DNA from: Porphyrobacter sp. | Lineage (GTDB): Bacteria; Pseudomonadota; Alphaproteobacteria; Sphingomonadales; Sphingomonadaceae | Assembly: GCA_027531395.1 (NCBI GenBank) | Contig: JAPZRO010000001.1 | Span: 544,377 to 608,376, forward strand | Direction: 5' to 3' | Length of the DNA: 64,000 bases | In this document: positions 19,220 through 28,376 of the stretch, one piece after another | Layout of the letters: each line of letters begins with the position of its first letter | Position numbering within the stretch: the first letter of the stretch is position 1 | Notes under the pieces: generated by a model | Seen by the model: the letters and a program-made list of their open reading frames with translations, nothing else | Told to the model about the DNA's origin: nothing | Database searches by the model: none | Made by a program: the position numbers and the translations under genes

Positions 19220-20364
19220 GCCTCGGGCTCCTCGCGCGGGGCAAAGCGCTTCGACACCCGCACCGCGCCCCATGCCACGCCGAGGATCATCACCCCGGCA
19301 AGGATCAACCCGAAGCCGCTCATCAGCAGGTCACCCGCCAGCTCGAAGCTGAGGATGATGAGGCGCAGCGCAATCACGCCGACGGCGAGCTGGAACACGC
19401 CCCGCCAGTGCGCGGCAAGCGCAGCGGCGGCGATACCGACCCACAGCGCCATGAACAGCAGCGCGGGCGGGAGCGTCACATTGTCGGCGGCATAGGCCAA
19501 CGGCGGCACCAGCCCCGCTCCGGCCATGATCGCGCCTGCCATGCGCCCCGAGGTGCCCGGCCGCGCCAGCACCACGCCGAGCCCCGCCGCCAGCGTCACC
19601 GCGCCGCTCACGGCCATGCTCGCCCATTCCTGCGTCAGCCCGCGCTCCCCGAACCCGCCGACCGCCGCGACTGCGGTCGCAAAGGAAGCGCCGGCGACCG
19701 CATAGGCGAGCGCCAGCTGCTCCAGCCGCCGCCAGAAATCGGGGCGCGCGCTGCGGGCGCGCAGGGCTGCGGCGAAGGGTGCGAAGATCACCGGCAGGGC
19801 GGTGACCAGCGCCAGCCACAGCAACAGCGCCATGTCCGGCGATCCGGTGCCGTAGCCGGTCATGTCGGTGGCATATTCCCACGCCGTCCACACCGCCCCG
19901 CCCAGCACCGCGAGCGCGGCGGGCCAGCTGCGGCCCGTCAGCAGCAGCAGCGGCGCGAACAGCACCAGCCACACGCCCAGAGGCTGCCACAGCGGCGAGG
20001 AGGTCTGGTAGACTTGGCCCAGATGCCCGAAGAAGGTGAGGCCGAGCGCGGCGGTGACGAACACCAGCGCCTCGACCGCCCAGGGGGACGTCGCCGCCAG
20101 CCGTTCCTCGCGCAGGAACAGCACCGCCAGCGCGCCCGCGATCAATGCAAGGTGCACGCCGAGGCGCAATTGCCCGGGAATATCCTCCCAGTTGGCAGCA
20201 ATGACCGAGACCAGGCCCAACCCGATCGCAAGGGCCCCGATACCGAAAACCGCCCACAGCGCGAGCGGTCGCGCGTGGGCGGCTTCGTAGGCCAGCAGCC
20301 GGTCACGCGTTTCCGCGTCGATCAGGCCGGCGTCATGCCATGTGGCGATCTTGCGGGCGCTCAT
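19216..20364 (-). CDS. DUF2157-type polytopic membrane protein
   Basis: The N-terminal cytoplasmic helix IATWHDAGLIDAETRDRLLAYEAA is followed by about 11 hydrophobic helices. Start could be 20364, 20373 or 20400. Translationally coupled to the GDYXXLXY gene. Confidence 0.72.
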   Translation of the reverse strand: MSARKIATWHDAGLIDAETRDRLLAYEAAHARPLALWAVFGIGALAIGLGLVSVIAANWEDIPGQLRLGVHLALIAGALAVLFLREERLAATSPWAVEALVFVTAALGLTFFGHLGQVYQTSSPLWQPLGVWLVLFAPLLLLTGRSWPAALAVLGGAVWTAWEYATDMTGYGTGSPDMALLLWLALVTALPVIFAPFAAALRARSARPDFWRRLEQLALAYAVAGASFATAVAAVGGFGERGLTQEWASMAVSGAVTLAAGLGVVLARPGTSGRMAGAIMAGAGLVPPLAYAADNVTLPPALLFMALWVGIAAAALAAHWRGVFQLAVGVIALRLIILSFELAGDLLMSGFGLILAGVMILGVAWGAVRVSKRFAPREEPEA

Positions 20365-20406
20365 GCGCGGCATGCTACGCCGCGAAACCGCCCGCTGCAA
20401 TCACAC

Positions 20407-21480
20407 TTACTTGGCGGCGAGTTCCTCGCGGGTCAGCACGGTCTGCTCGCGCACCTTGGCGGCGTTGGCGGCCATCGCCTCCTGCGGCATCGCGACCATC
20501 CCGATCTTGGCCAGCGGGCCATCCTTGCCCCAGCTCTTGACCCACTCGTCAAGGAATGCCGACAGGCCCGGGATCGCGCGCATATGTTCCTTCTTTACAT
20601 AGACATAAAGCGGGCGCGCACCGGGATAGGCGAAGCTCGCGATGTTCTCGTAGGTGGGCGCGACGCTGTTCATCGGCAGGCCCTGCACCTTGTCGAGGTT
20701 CTCTTCGAGATAGGAATAGCCGAAGATGCCGACCGCCTGCGGATTGGCCTCGATCTTCTGCACGATCAGGTTGTCCTGCTCGCCCTGATCGACATAGGCG
20801 CCATCGTCGCGCACTTCGGTGCACAGCTGCTTGTACTTGTTCTCGTCGCTGTCCTTCAGCGCCTTCATCGCCGGATCGGCCTTGCACCCGACTTCGAGGA
20901 TCAGCTCCTTGAGCGCGTCGCGCGTGCCCGAGGTGCTCGGCGGGCCGTAGACGAGGATCGGCTGGGCCGGCAGGGCCGGATCGACATCCTTCCAGGTCTT
21001 GGCGGTCTGCGGCTTGCCATAGGGCTGCGCGGCGAGCGCCTTGTAGATCGTCTCGGGCGAGAGGTTGAGCATGATCCCGCCCTTGGCCGACGCGAAGGCG
21101 ATGCCGTCGAGGCCGACCTGCAGTTCGATGATCTCGTCGACCTTGTTGGCCTTGCAGCCGTCAAATTCGCTGTCCTTCATCCGGCGCGAGGCGTTGACCA
21201 TGTCAGGGGTGTTGGGGCCGAGGCCCTTGCAGAACAGCTGGATGCCGTTGCCGGTGCCGGTGGATTCGATCAGCGGCGAGCGGAAGTCGGTGTTCGAGCG
21301 CGCGAAGTTCTCGGCCACCAGCTTGGCGAAGGGATAGACGGTGGAGGAGCCGACCGCGTGCACCGAGTTGCGGGCGCCGCCGCTGCTGCTGCCGCCGGAG
21401 CTGTCGCAGGCGGAAAGGGCAAGCGCAGCCAGCGCGAGGGTGGCGGTGGTGCGGGCGAGAGTGGCAAATGAAGTGGTCAT
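20407..21480 (-). CDS. pstS: PstS-family phosphate-binding lipoprotein (orphan, no pstCAB nearby)
   Basis: Lipobox LALSAC, then VHAVGSSTVYPFAKLVAENF, ESTGTGNGIQLFC and a periplasmic binding fold. Start trimmed to ATG 21480. Confidence 0.85.
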   Translation of the reverse strand: MTTSFATLARTTATLALAALALSACDSSGGSSSGGARNSVHAVGSSTVYPFAKLVAENFARSNTDFRSPLIESTGTGNGIQLFCKGLGPNTPDMVNASRRMKDSEFDGCKANKVDEIIELQVGLDGIAFASAKGGIMLNLSPETIYKALAAQPYGKPQTAKTWKDVDPALPAQPILVYGPPSTSGTRDALKELILEVGCKADPAMKALKDSDENKYKQLCTEVRDDGAYVDQGEQDNLIVQKIEANPQAVGIFGYSYLEENLDKVQGLPMNSVAPTYENIASFAYPGARPLYVYVKKEHMRAIPGLSAFLDEWVKSWGKDGPLAKIGMVAMPQEAMAANAAKVREQTVLTREELAAK

Positions 21481-21525
21481 TAAGAGTCCCCGAGGTTGTC
21501 CGATGCCGCGCGCTAGTGCCCTTCC

Positions 21526-21545
21526 ATGACAAGCATATGACAAGC
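21526..21545 (-). promoter_or_regulatory. Pho box (PhoB site) upstream of pstS
   Basis: On the minus strand it reads GCTTGTCATATGCTTGTCAT: two TTGTCAT cores exactly 11 bp apart, 46-65 nt upstream of ATG 21480. The E. coli consensus is CTGTCATAWAWCTGTCAY. Confidence 0.65.
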
Positions 21546-21694
21546 GCGCAAAGCAATCGCGGCGACCTTTCGGGGTTTCTTGGCGCGACCCCGCCCGATG
21601 CAAGCCAAGTCGATGAGATTACGCGATATTCCCAAGGCAACGCTGATAACGCGCTTAACAGCATCGTAAGGCCTTCGGTGCTAGGCCCGCGCGC

Positions 21695-23437
21695 ATGAGT
21701 AGGCTGTGCCTCAAAATCTGGCTTTGGCTGGCGGCTGCGTTGCTGACCGCGGGCCTTGCCGTGCCTGCGGCAGCCGACAGCCATCAAGGTCATGTCACCG
21801 CCCCGCAGTGCCACGCCGCGACCCCGGCGGATCGCGGCGCGGTGGCGATGATCGACCGGGCGGCATGGAACTGCACCAGCAGCGGCTGGCGCGCCGATCT
21901 GCCCTCGGCATGGCTGCGGTTCGAGGCCGACAGCTGGCAGGGCGGCCCGCCCCCGCGCCATTTCTTCACCCGCACCGCGCGGCACGAGGCGATCACACTC
22001 TACGCGCTCGATGCAGACGGCACCCTGCGCGCGCGCCGCTTCGCCGAGAGCGATGGGCGGCCTTTCGCTGCCGGGCCGGTGTTCCGCCTGCCCCTGCCCG
22101 TGATCACCGCCGACACCAGAGCGGTGCTGGTGCGGATCGACGCGCCACATTCGATCCCGCTGCTGACCGAGGCCGGCATCGCGCGCTATCCCGAGGATGC
22201 CAACCGCAGCCTCGAGGAGATGATGCTGCTGGCACTGGTGCTGGGGATGCTGGTGCTGCCGCTGCTGTTCGACGTCAGCTTCTATCTCGTGCTGCGCGAA
22301 CGCTTCGTGCTCTACCACGCGACCATGGTGGTGGCGATGATGGGCTATGTCCTGTTCGCTGGCGGGCTCATTTCGGTGGTGGCGAGCCTGCCGGTGGCGT
22401 TCCTCGCGATCATGGCGCCGCTGTGCTGGGCGACAGGGTGCGGGGCGGCGCTGCTGTTCCTGAGCGACTTCCTCGAACGCGGCGCGCTGTCGCGCGGGAT
22501 GCGGCGGCTGACCTTCTGGACCGGGTGCTGGACAATTGCGGTGCCCGGCTTCTTCGCGCTGCAGCTGCACGCCACGCAGGCCTTCGACGACACCGGCTAT
22601 TTCCTCACCATCACGCCGGCCGCAGTGGTGGTGAGCGCCGCGCTGATCCACGCGATAGTGCGTGGCAGCCGCTCGGCCAAGTTCGTCGCGGCAGCGTGGT
22701 TCCCGCTGATCCTCACCTCGATCGAGCGGCTGGTGCGCGGGCTCGGGGTCTATGCCGGCCCTGCGCAGCTTGATCTGATGATGTTCGTCGCCACCGGGAT
22801 CGAGGTGGTGATCATCAGCCTCGCGATTGCCGACCGCTTCCTCGCGATCCGCCACGAGCGCGACGCGGCGCTGACCGAGGCGCGGATGCTGGAGCAGATC
22901 TCGACCCGCGATTCGCTCACAGGGCTGATGAACCGCCGCGCGATCGAGGCGCGCTTCGACGAGCTGATGGCGCAGGGCTTCGATACCTTTGCGCTGGTCG
23001 ATCTCGACCGCTTCAAGGCGATCAACGATCTGCACGGCCACCAGGTCGGCGATGCCGCGCTGATCGCCTGCGCCAACGCGATCCGCTCCACCGGCGACCG
23101 TGACACCATCGCGGTGCGGCTGGGCGGCGAGGAGTTTGTGGTGCTGCTGCGCGGGCTGCGCACGCTCGAACGGGCCGAGGCACTGCGGCAGGCGATCCCG
23201 ATGCGGATCGCCAAGGACGTGCCCGGGCTGGAGCTGCCGGTGACCGCGAGCATGGGGGTGATCGTGCTGGAACAGGCGCTGCGCCCGACGATGCAGTTCG
23301 CCGAATTCTACGCCCGCGCCGACGCGCTGATGTACGAGGCCAAGGCGAGCGGGCGCAACCGGCTGGCCTATGAACGCCTGACGGTGTTCAGCCAGCCCCC
23401 TGCCTTACGCGGACGCAAGCGGGACAAGGCAGCCTAG
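21695..23437 (+). CDS. membrane sensor diguanylate cyclase (periplasmic domain + 7TM + GGDEF)
   Basis: 580 aa. Signal/anchor, ~160-aa extracytoplasmic region, seven hydrophobic helices, and a C-terminal GGDEF domain (RDSLTGLMNRR, DLDRFKAINDLHGHQVGD, RLGGEEFVVLL). Confidence 0.88.
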   Translation: MSRLCLKIWLWLAAALLTAGLAVPAAADSHQGHVTAPQCHAATPADRGAVAMIDRAAWNCTSSGWRADLPSAWLRFEADSWQGGPPPRHFFTRTARHEAITLYALDADGTLRARRFAESDGRPFAAGPVFRLPLPVITADTRAVLVRIDAPHSIPLLTEAGIARYPEDANRSLEEMMLLALVLGMLVLPLLFDVSFYLVLRERFVLYHATMVVAMMGYVLFAGGLISVVASLPVAFLAIMAPLCWATGCGAALLFLSDFLERGALSRGMRRLTFWTGCWTIAVPGFFALQLHATQAFDDTGYFLTITPAAVVVSAALIHAIVRGSRSAKFVAAAWFPLILTSIERLVRGLGVYAGPAQLDLMMFVATGIEVVIISLAIADRFLAIRHERDAALTEARMLEQISTRDSLTGLMNRRAIEARFDELMAQGFDTFALVDLDRFKAINDLHGHQVGDAALIACANAIRSTGDRDTIAVRLGGEEFVVLLRGLRTLERAEALRQAIPMRIAKDVPGLELPVTASMGVIVLEQALRPTMQFAEFYARADALMYEAKASGRNRLAYERLTVFSQPPALRGRKRDKAA

Positions 23438-23466
23438 CTTGCTTGCGGTCGCGCTCACGCGCGACG

Positions 23467-23553
23467 CAGACCTCCCGCCCCGCCTCCCCACCCGGCCACC
23501 AATAGTACCACTATGTTATGGTGGCCGGGTGGGGAGGCGGGGCGGGCGGTCTG
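23467..23553. other. 27-bp perfect (33-bp with one mismatch) GC-rich inverted repeat between convergent genes
   Basis: CCCGCCCCGCCTCCCCACCCGGCCACC (23474-23500) pairs with GGTGGCCGGGTGGGGAGGCGGGGCGGG (23520-23546). The loop is 19 nt and AT-rich. Pairing extends to 23467/23553. No flanking T-run on either strand. Confidence 0.9.
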
Positions 23554-23558
23554 AACCT

Positions 23559-23951
23559 TCACATAAAAGGTTCGAGCACCTCGGGCCGCACCCGCGCCAG
23601 CCGGCCCGTGGCGCGGTCGAGCATCGCCCAGGTGGTCGCCGCGCTGACGAGGCGTTTGCCGGCGGCGTCGGTGAACTCGACCCGCCGGAGCGATTTGGCG
23701 CCTTGGGCCGGGCCTTCGATCCATGTCTCGGCGGTGACGCTCTCGCCCTCCGACACATTGCCGCGATAGTTGATCTCGTGTCGCACCACGACCCAGAAGA
23801 ATGCCGCACGATCCTCGGGCCGCGCCACTGCGTCCCAGTGGGCGGTGGCCATGTCCTGAATCCACTGCACCCAGACGGTGTTGTTGACGTGGCCGAGTTC
23901 GTCGATGTGCTCCGGCGCGGCGATGAAGGTGCGGGTGAAGGTATTCGGCAT
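23559..23951 (-). CDS. 4HBT-fold acyl-CoA thioesterase (YbgC/FadM-like)
   Basis: 130 aa. IDELGHVNNTVWVQW hot-dog thioesterase block. ATG 23951 lies 5 nt after GGAGA; the track starts at GTG 23954. Confidence 0.85.
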   Translation of the reverse strand: MPNTFTRTFIAAPEHIDELGHVNNTVWVQWIQDMATAHWDAVARPEDRAAFFWVVVRHEINYRGNVSEGESVTAETWIEGPAQGAKSLRRVEFTDAAGKRLVSAATTWAMLDRATGRLARVRPEVLEPFM

Positions 23952-23968
23952 CACAATCTCCGTTCGCC

Positions 23969-24016
23969 TCGAGCGTAGTCGAGAGGCCCCAGAACATGTG
24001 TCTCGACTACGCTCGA
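23969..24016 (-). terminator. 16-bp perfect stem-loop downstream of ptrB/small ORF
   Basis: TCGAGCGTAGTCGAGA (23969-23984) pairs with TCTCGACTACGCTCGA (24001-24016), with a 16-nt loop. No U-tract. Confidence 0.35.
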
Positions 24017-24068
24017 CACGAACGGGGAGGGGGTCTGACCAATCATCCAGCCCCGCAATACAGCGCCG

Positions 24069-24191
24069 TCAGGGGCAGCCGCCCCACATCACGCAGGGAA
24101 CTGCGAGTAGCAGAAAGAACGCCAGGGGCACGCCCACCACGATCGCAGCCACGATAATGGCGAGGCCGCGACCATAGTTCGGTGCTCTCAC
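24069..24191 (-). CDS. candidate 40-aa hydrophobic mini-protein coupled to ptrB
   Basis: GTG 24191 overlaps the ptrB stop (GTGA). The product MRAPNYGRGLAIIVAAIVVGVPLAFFLLLAVPCVMWGGCP has one TM helix plus a C-x5-C tail. No homology recognised; it is the tail of the rejected track ORF 24069..24380. Confidence 0.25.
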   Translation of the reverse strand: MRAPNYGRGLAIIVAAIVVGVPLAFFLLLAVPCVMWGGCP

Positions 24192-26431
24192 TCGCCCCCG
24201 GCCTTGTCCGCCATCCCCATCTGCCACAGGATGAAGGCGTATTCCTCCGCCGTCTCCTTCAAGGAGTTCCAGCGGCCCGATTGCCCGCCGTGGCCTGCGC
24301 CCATGTTGGTCTTCATCAGCAGCAGGTTGTCGTCGGTCTTGAGCTCGCGCAGCTTGGCGACCCACTTGGCGGGCTCCCAATAGGTCACGCGCGGGTCGTT
24401 GAGGCCCGCGGTCACCAGCATCGGCGGGTAGGCCTTGGCGACCACCTGATCATAGGGCGAATAGGACAAGATATAGGCGAAGGCCTCCTTGCTCTCGATC
24501 GGGTTGCCCCACTCCTGCCACTCGCCCGGGGTGAGCGGCAGCTTCTCGTTGAGCATCGTGCCGAGCACATCAACGAAGGGCACGTGTGCGACAATCGCGC
24601 CATATTGCTTGGGGTCCTGATTGATGATCGCGCCCATCAGCTCGCCGCCTGCCGAGCCGCCGCTCGCGGTCACCATGCCTTCCGCGGTGTAGCCCTTGGC
24701 GATCAGGCCCCGGCCGACATCGACGAAGTCGTTGAAGGTGTTGGTGCGCTCGAACAGCTTGCCTTGCAGATACCAGCGCCGCCCGAGATCATCGCCGCCG
24801 CGGATATGGGCGATGGCATAGGCGAAGCCGCGGTCCACGAGGCTCAGCCGCGTGGTCGAGAAGCCCGGCGGCACGGCATAGCCATAGGCACCATAGGCAT
24901 AGAGATGCAGCGGCCCCGGCCCCTCGATCCCCGCCTTCTTGAGGATCTCGGCCCGGTCCTTCCTCATCATGATGCTGACCGGCACCATCGTCCCGTCGCG
25001 CGCCTGCACGGTCAGGCGTTCCGATACGTAGAGCGAGGGGTCGTAGCCGCTCGGGATCTCCTGCGTCTTGAGCGTGGCGAGCTTGCCGGTCGCGACGTCG
25101 TAATCATAGACCGTGCTCGGCGTGACCATCGACTGATAGGCCAGCCGCAGCTTCTTCATGTCGTATTCGGGGTTGTTGGAGAGGCCCGCGGTATAGCTGG
25201 CTTCCGGGAAGGTGATCGGCGTGATCTTCGCCGGATCGGCGTAGGAGCGCAGCTGGATCTGGTCGAGGCCGTTGAGCCGCCCCTCGGTGACGAAGAAGTC
25301 CTTGAACAGGTCGAAACCGGTCAGATAGAAATCGTCCGAACCGGCAATCACCGTCTGCCAGTCGCCCGGGGTTTCCAGCTTGGCCTTGGCGAGGCGGAAG
25401 TTGATGTGGTTGTCGTTGGTCCACACCCACAGCTCTCCGTCGCGCACATCAACGCTGTATTCGACGCCCTTCTGGCGCGCCTTGACGAGGATCGGCTCCG
25501 CAGTCGGGTTGGCGGCGGGGACGAGGCGCACTTCGCTCGTCTCGTTGTCGCCGGTGGCGATGATCAGCCAGTCTTCCTGCGCGGTGAGGCCGGTGCCGAC
25601 GCCGAAGGACTGGTCCTCCTCCTTGTAGAGCGTGACGTCGCTTTCAACCGGCGTGCCGATCACGTGCAGCTTGGCTTCGAGCGTGCGCCATTCCTCGGTC
25701 GAGGGGCCGTAGACCAGCGCGGTGTCGTTCGCGACCCACACCAGATCGCCGCGCAGGTTTTCGAGCACGTCAGGCAGGTGCTCGCCGGTCTGCAGATCCT
25801 TGATCCGCGCGGTGTAGCGTTCCGATCCGTTGGTGTCGGTCGAATAGGCGAGATAGCGCCCGTTCTGGCTGATCGAGGCCGCGCCGAGGCGGAAATACTC
25901 GAGACCCTTGGCGAGCTCGTTCTCGTCGATCAGCAGCTCGGCCTTGGCGGCATCAGCCTTGTCGCCGACCGCAGGGGCGCGCCAATGCTTGCGATACTGC
26001 GCGCCTTCCTCGAACTCGCTCCAGTAGAAGTAATCGCCATCCTTCTGCGGCACCGTGCTGTCGTCTTCCTTGATGCGCGCGCGCATCTCGGTGAACAGCG
26101 CCTCGGTGAAGGGTGCCTGCGCGGCCATCTTGGCTTCGAAATAGGCGTTCTCGGCCTTCACATGGGCCAGCACCGCCTCGTCATCCACCACCGGATAGGA
26201 CTTGTCGTAGAGCCAGTCATAGGGATCCTCGATGGTGATCCCGTGATGGGTGTAGCTGTGCGGGCGCTTCTCCGCGACGGGGGGCTTGATCTCGCCAATC
26301 GAAGCGGGGGCAGCGGCGGAAGTGGTCACGCGGGTCGGTTCCTCTCGGGTGGTGGCGTGCGCGGGCACAGGCGCAAAGGTGGTGGCGGCAAGCGCGGTAG
26401 CAAGAGCGATGGCGCTGACAAGTCTGGTCAT
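24188..26431 (-). CDS. ptrB: S9A serine peptidase, oligopeptidase B-like, secreted
   Basis: 747 aa within track ORF 24188..28426. Signal peptide (AIALATALAATTFAPVPAHA), PPVAEKRPHSYTHHGITIEDPYDWL N-terminus, beta-propeller region and catalytic GGSAGG. Confidence 0.9.
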   Translation of the reverse strand: MTRLVSAIALATALAATTFAPVPAHATTREEPTRVTTSAAAPASIGEIKPPVAEKRPHSYTHHGITIEDPYDWLYDKSYPVVDDEAVLAHVKAENAYFEAKMAAQAPFTEALFTEMRARIKEDDSTVPQKDGDYFYWSEFEEGAQYRKHWRAPAVGDKADAAKAELLIDENELAKGLEYFRLGAASISQNGRYLAYSTDTNGSERYTARIKDLQTGEHLPDVLENLRGDLVWVANDTALVYGPSTEEWRTLEAKLHVIGTPVESDVTLYKEEDQSFGVGTGLTAQEDWLIIATGDNETSEVRLVPAANPTAEPILVKARQKGVEYSVDVRDGELWVWTNDNHINFRLAKAKLETPGDWQTVIAGSDDFYLTGFDLFKDFFVTEGRLNGLDQIQLRSYADPAKITPITFPEASYTAGLSNNPEYDMKKLRLAYQSMVTPSTVYDYDVATGKLATLKTQEIPSGYDPSLYVSERLTVQARDGTMVPVSIMMRKDRAEILKKAGIEGPGPLHLYAYGAYGYAVPPGFSTTRLSLVDRGFAYAIAHIRGGDDLGRRWYLQGKLFERTNTFNDFVDVGRGLIAKGYTAEGMVTASGGSAGGELMGAIINQDPKQYGAIVAHVPFVDVLGTMLNEKLPLTPGEWQEWGNPIESKEAFAYILSYSPYDQVVAKAYPPMLVTAGLNDPRVTYWEPAKWVAKLRELKTDDNLLLMKTNMGAGHGGQSGRWNSLKETAEEYAFILWQMGMADKAGGE

Positions 26432-26566
26432 GGGTTGCGATCCCTTCTGGCAATCAGGTGCTGCGGCTCCGGGTGGAAAGACGCGCCGCATCGGCCTATG
26501 ATGGCGCTTGTAATGAGACAATATCGCGCGGCAAGTGCCCGCGCCGCTACCCGAGGACATGACGAC

Positions 26567-28375
26567 ATGCTGATGCAAACCCATGAGGCCCGCCTTGCCG
26601 CCCTGCGCGAGGAATTGAAGCGCCGCGGGCTCGACGGGTTCATCGTGCCGATCAGTGACGAACACATGAGCGAATATGTCGGCGACTATGCCCAGCGGCT
26701 CCGCTGGCTGACCGGCTTCGGTGGCTCGGCCGGGTTTGCCGCCGTGACGCTGAACCACGCCGCGATCTTCGTCGACGGGCGCTACACCGTGCAGGTGCGC
26801 GAACAGGTCGACGGGAACCTGTTCGACTACAAGAGCGTCCCCGCCGATACGCTGGCCGGCTGGCTCGCCGAAGTGTCCGAGAGCGGTGCCCGGATCGCCT
26901 ATGATCCCTGGCTCCACACCTGGGCCTGGGTCGAGGCGCTGGAAAAGCAGCTCGCGCCGAAGGGCGTCACCATGGTGCCGGCCGACAGTAATCCCCTCGA
27001 CGCGGTGTGGGCCGACCGGCCTGCGCCCTCGCCCGCTGCCGCGATTGTCCATCAGGACGATCTCGCCGGGCGCTCCTCGGCGGACAAGCGCGCTGCCGTG
27101 GCCGACTGGCTGGCGAAAGAAGGCCATGACGCGGTGGTGATCACGGCGCTCGATTCGATCGCATGGCTGCTCAACATCCGGGGCAGCGACGTGCCGCACA
27201 CTCCGGTCGCGCTGTCCTATGTGATCGCGCATAAGGACGGCAGCGCCGAGCTGTTCATCGCGCCCGAGAAGGTCACGCCCGAACTCACCCGCCATCTCGG
27301 CAATGCGGTGACGATCCGTGACCGCGCGGCCTTTGAAGGTGCGCTGACCGGCGAGCTGGCGGGCAAGAGCGTCGCGCTCGATCCCGATTTCGCGGTGGTC
27401 GGCATCGCGCAGGCGCTGCGCAGCGGGGGGGCGAGCTTCGCCTTCAAGCAGGACCCGACGATCCTTGCCAAGGCGATCAAGAACCCCGCCGAACAGCAGG
27501 GCCACCGCGACGCGCAGGCGCGCGACGGTGCGGCGGTGACTAAGTTCCTGCGCTGGCTGGAGATCGAGGGGCCGAAAGGCACGGTCGACGAACTCTCCGC
27601 CGCCGCCCGCCTGCAAGCCTTCCGCGAGGAAGACGAGGGCCTGCGCGATCTCAGCTTCGACACCATCTCCGCCGCTGCTGGCCACGCCGCGCTGCCGCAT
27701 TACAAGGTGGACGAGGACAGCAATATCCCGATCCCGCCGGGTTCGATCTATCTGGTGGATTCGGGCGGGCAATATCCCGGCGGCACCACCGACATCACCC
27801 GCACGGTGTGGGTCGGCCCGGGTGAGCCGACGCAGGAAATGCGCGATCGCAACACCCGCGTGCTCAAGGGCCACATCCAGATCGACCGCGCGGTGTTTCC
27901 GCAAGGCACTGCGGGCGGCCAGCTCGACGTGCTGGCGCGGCAATATCTGTGGGAGGCGGGGGTCGATTACGCCCACGGCACCGGCCACGGGGTGGGCAGC
28001 TTCCTCGGCGTGCACGAAGGCCCGCAGCGCATCGCCAAGCCTTCGGGCGGGCAGGCCGGCACCGCGCAGGAGCTGTTCGCGGGCATGATCCTCTCGAACG
28101 AGCCGGGCTATTACAAGCAGGGCCACTTCGGCATCCGCATCGAGAACCTCGTGCTGGTCGAGGAGCGCCAGATCGAAGGGCAGGAAGGCCGCTATCTCGG
28201 CTTCGAGACGCTGACCTTCGTGCCGCTCGATCGCAAGCTGATCGACAAGGCGCTGCTGACAGCGGACGAGATCGCGTGGGTCGATGCCTATCACGCCAGG
28301 GTGCGCGTGCTGCTCTCGCCGCGGCTGGAGGGCGAGGACCTCGCATGGCTGGAGCGGGAGACGGCGCCGCTGTGA
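26567..28375 (+). CDS. pepP: M24B Xaa-Pro aminopeptidase (aminopeptidase P family, ~600-aa type)
   Basis: 602 aa within track ORF 24182..28375. Metal-ligand blocks YLVDSGGQY, TDITRT, HGTGHGVG, SNEPGYY and IRIENL. Confidence 0.9.
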   Translation: MLMQTHEARLAALREELKRRGLDGFIVPISDEHMSEYVGDYAQRLRWLTGFGGSAGFAAVTLNHAAIFVDGRYTVQVREQVDGNLFDYKSVPADTLAGWLAEVSESGARIAYDPWLHTWAWVEALEKQLAPKGVTMVPADSNPLDAVWADRPAPSPAAAIVHQDDLAGRSSADKRAAVADWLAKEGHDAVVITALDSIAWLLNIRGSDVPHTPVALSYVIAHKDGSAELFIAPEKVTPELTRHLGNAVTIRDRAAFEGALTGELAGKSVALDPDFAVVGIAQALRSGGASFAFKQDPTILAKAIKNPAEQQGHRDAQARDGAAVTKFLRWLEIEGPKGTVDELSAAARLQAFREEDEGLRDLSFDTISAAAGHAALPHYKVDEDSNIPIPPGSIYLVDSGGQYPGGTTDITRTVWVGPGEPTQEMRDRNTRVLKGHIQIDRAVFPQGTAGGQLDVLARQYLWEAGVDYAHGTGHGVGSFLGVHEGPQRIAKPSGGQAGTAQELFAGMILSNEPGYYKQGHFGIRIENLVLVEERQIEGQEGRYLGFETLTFVPLDRKLIDKALLTADEIAWVDAYHARVRVLLSPRLEGEDLAWLERETAPL

Positions 28376-28376
28376 T

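Noticed and set aside
14131-21471. ORFs 14131..15729 (-), 16312..17376 (-) and 19408..21471 (+)
   Set aside because: They are antisense to the 7TM/ATP-grasp genes, the second TBDR, and the DUF2157/pstS genes respectively. Composition is R/G/H/Q/P-rich and no motifs are present.
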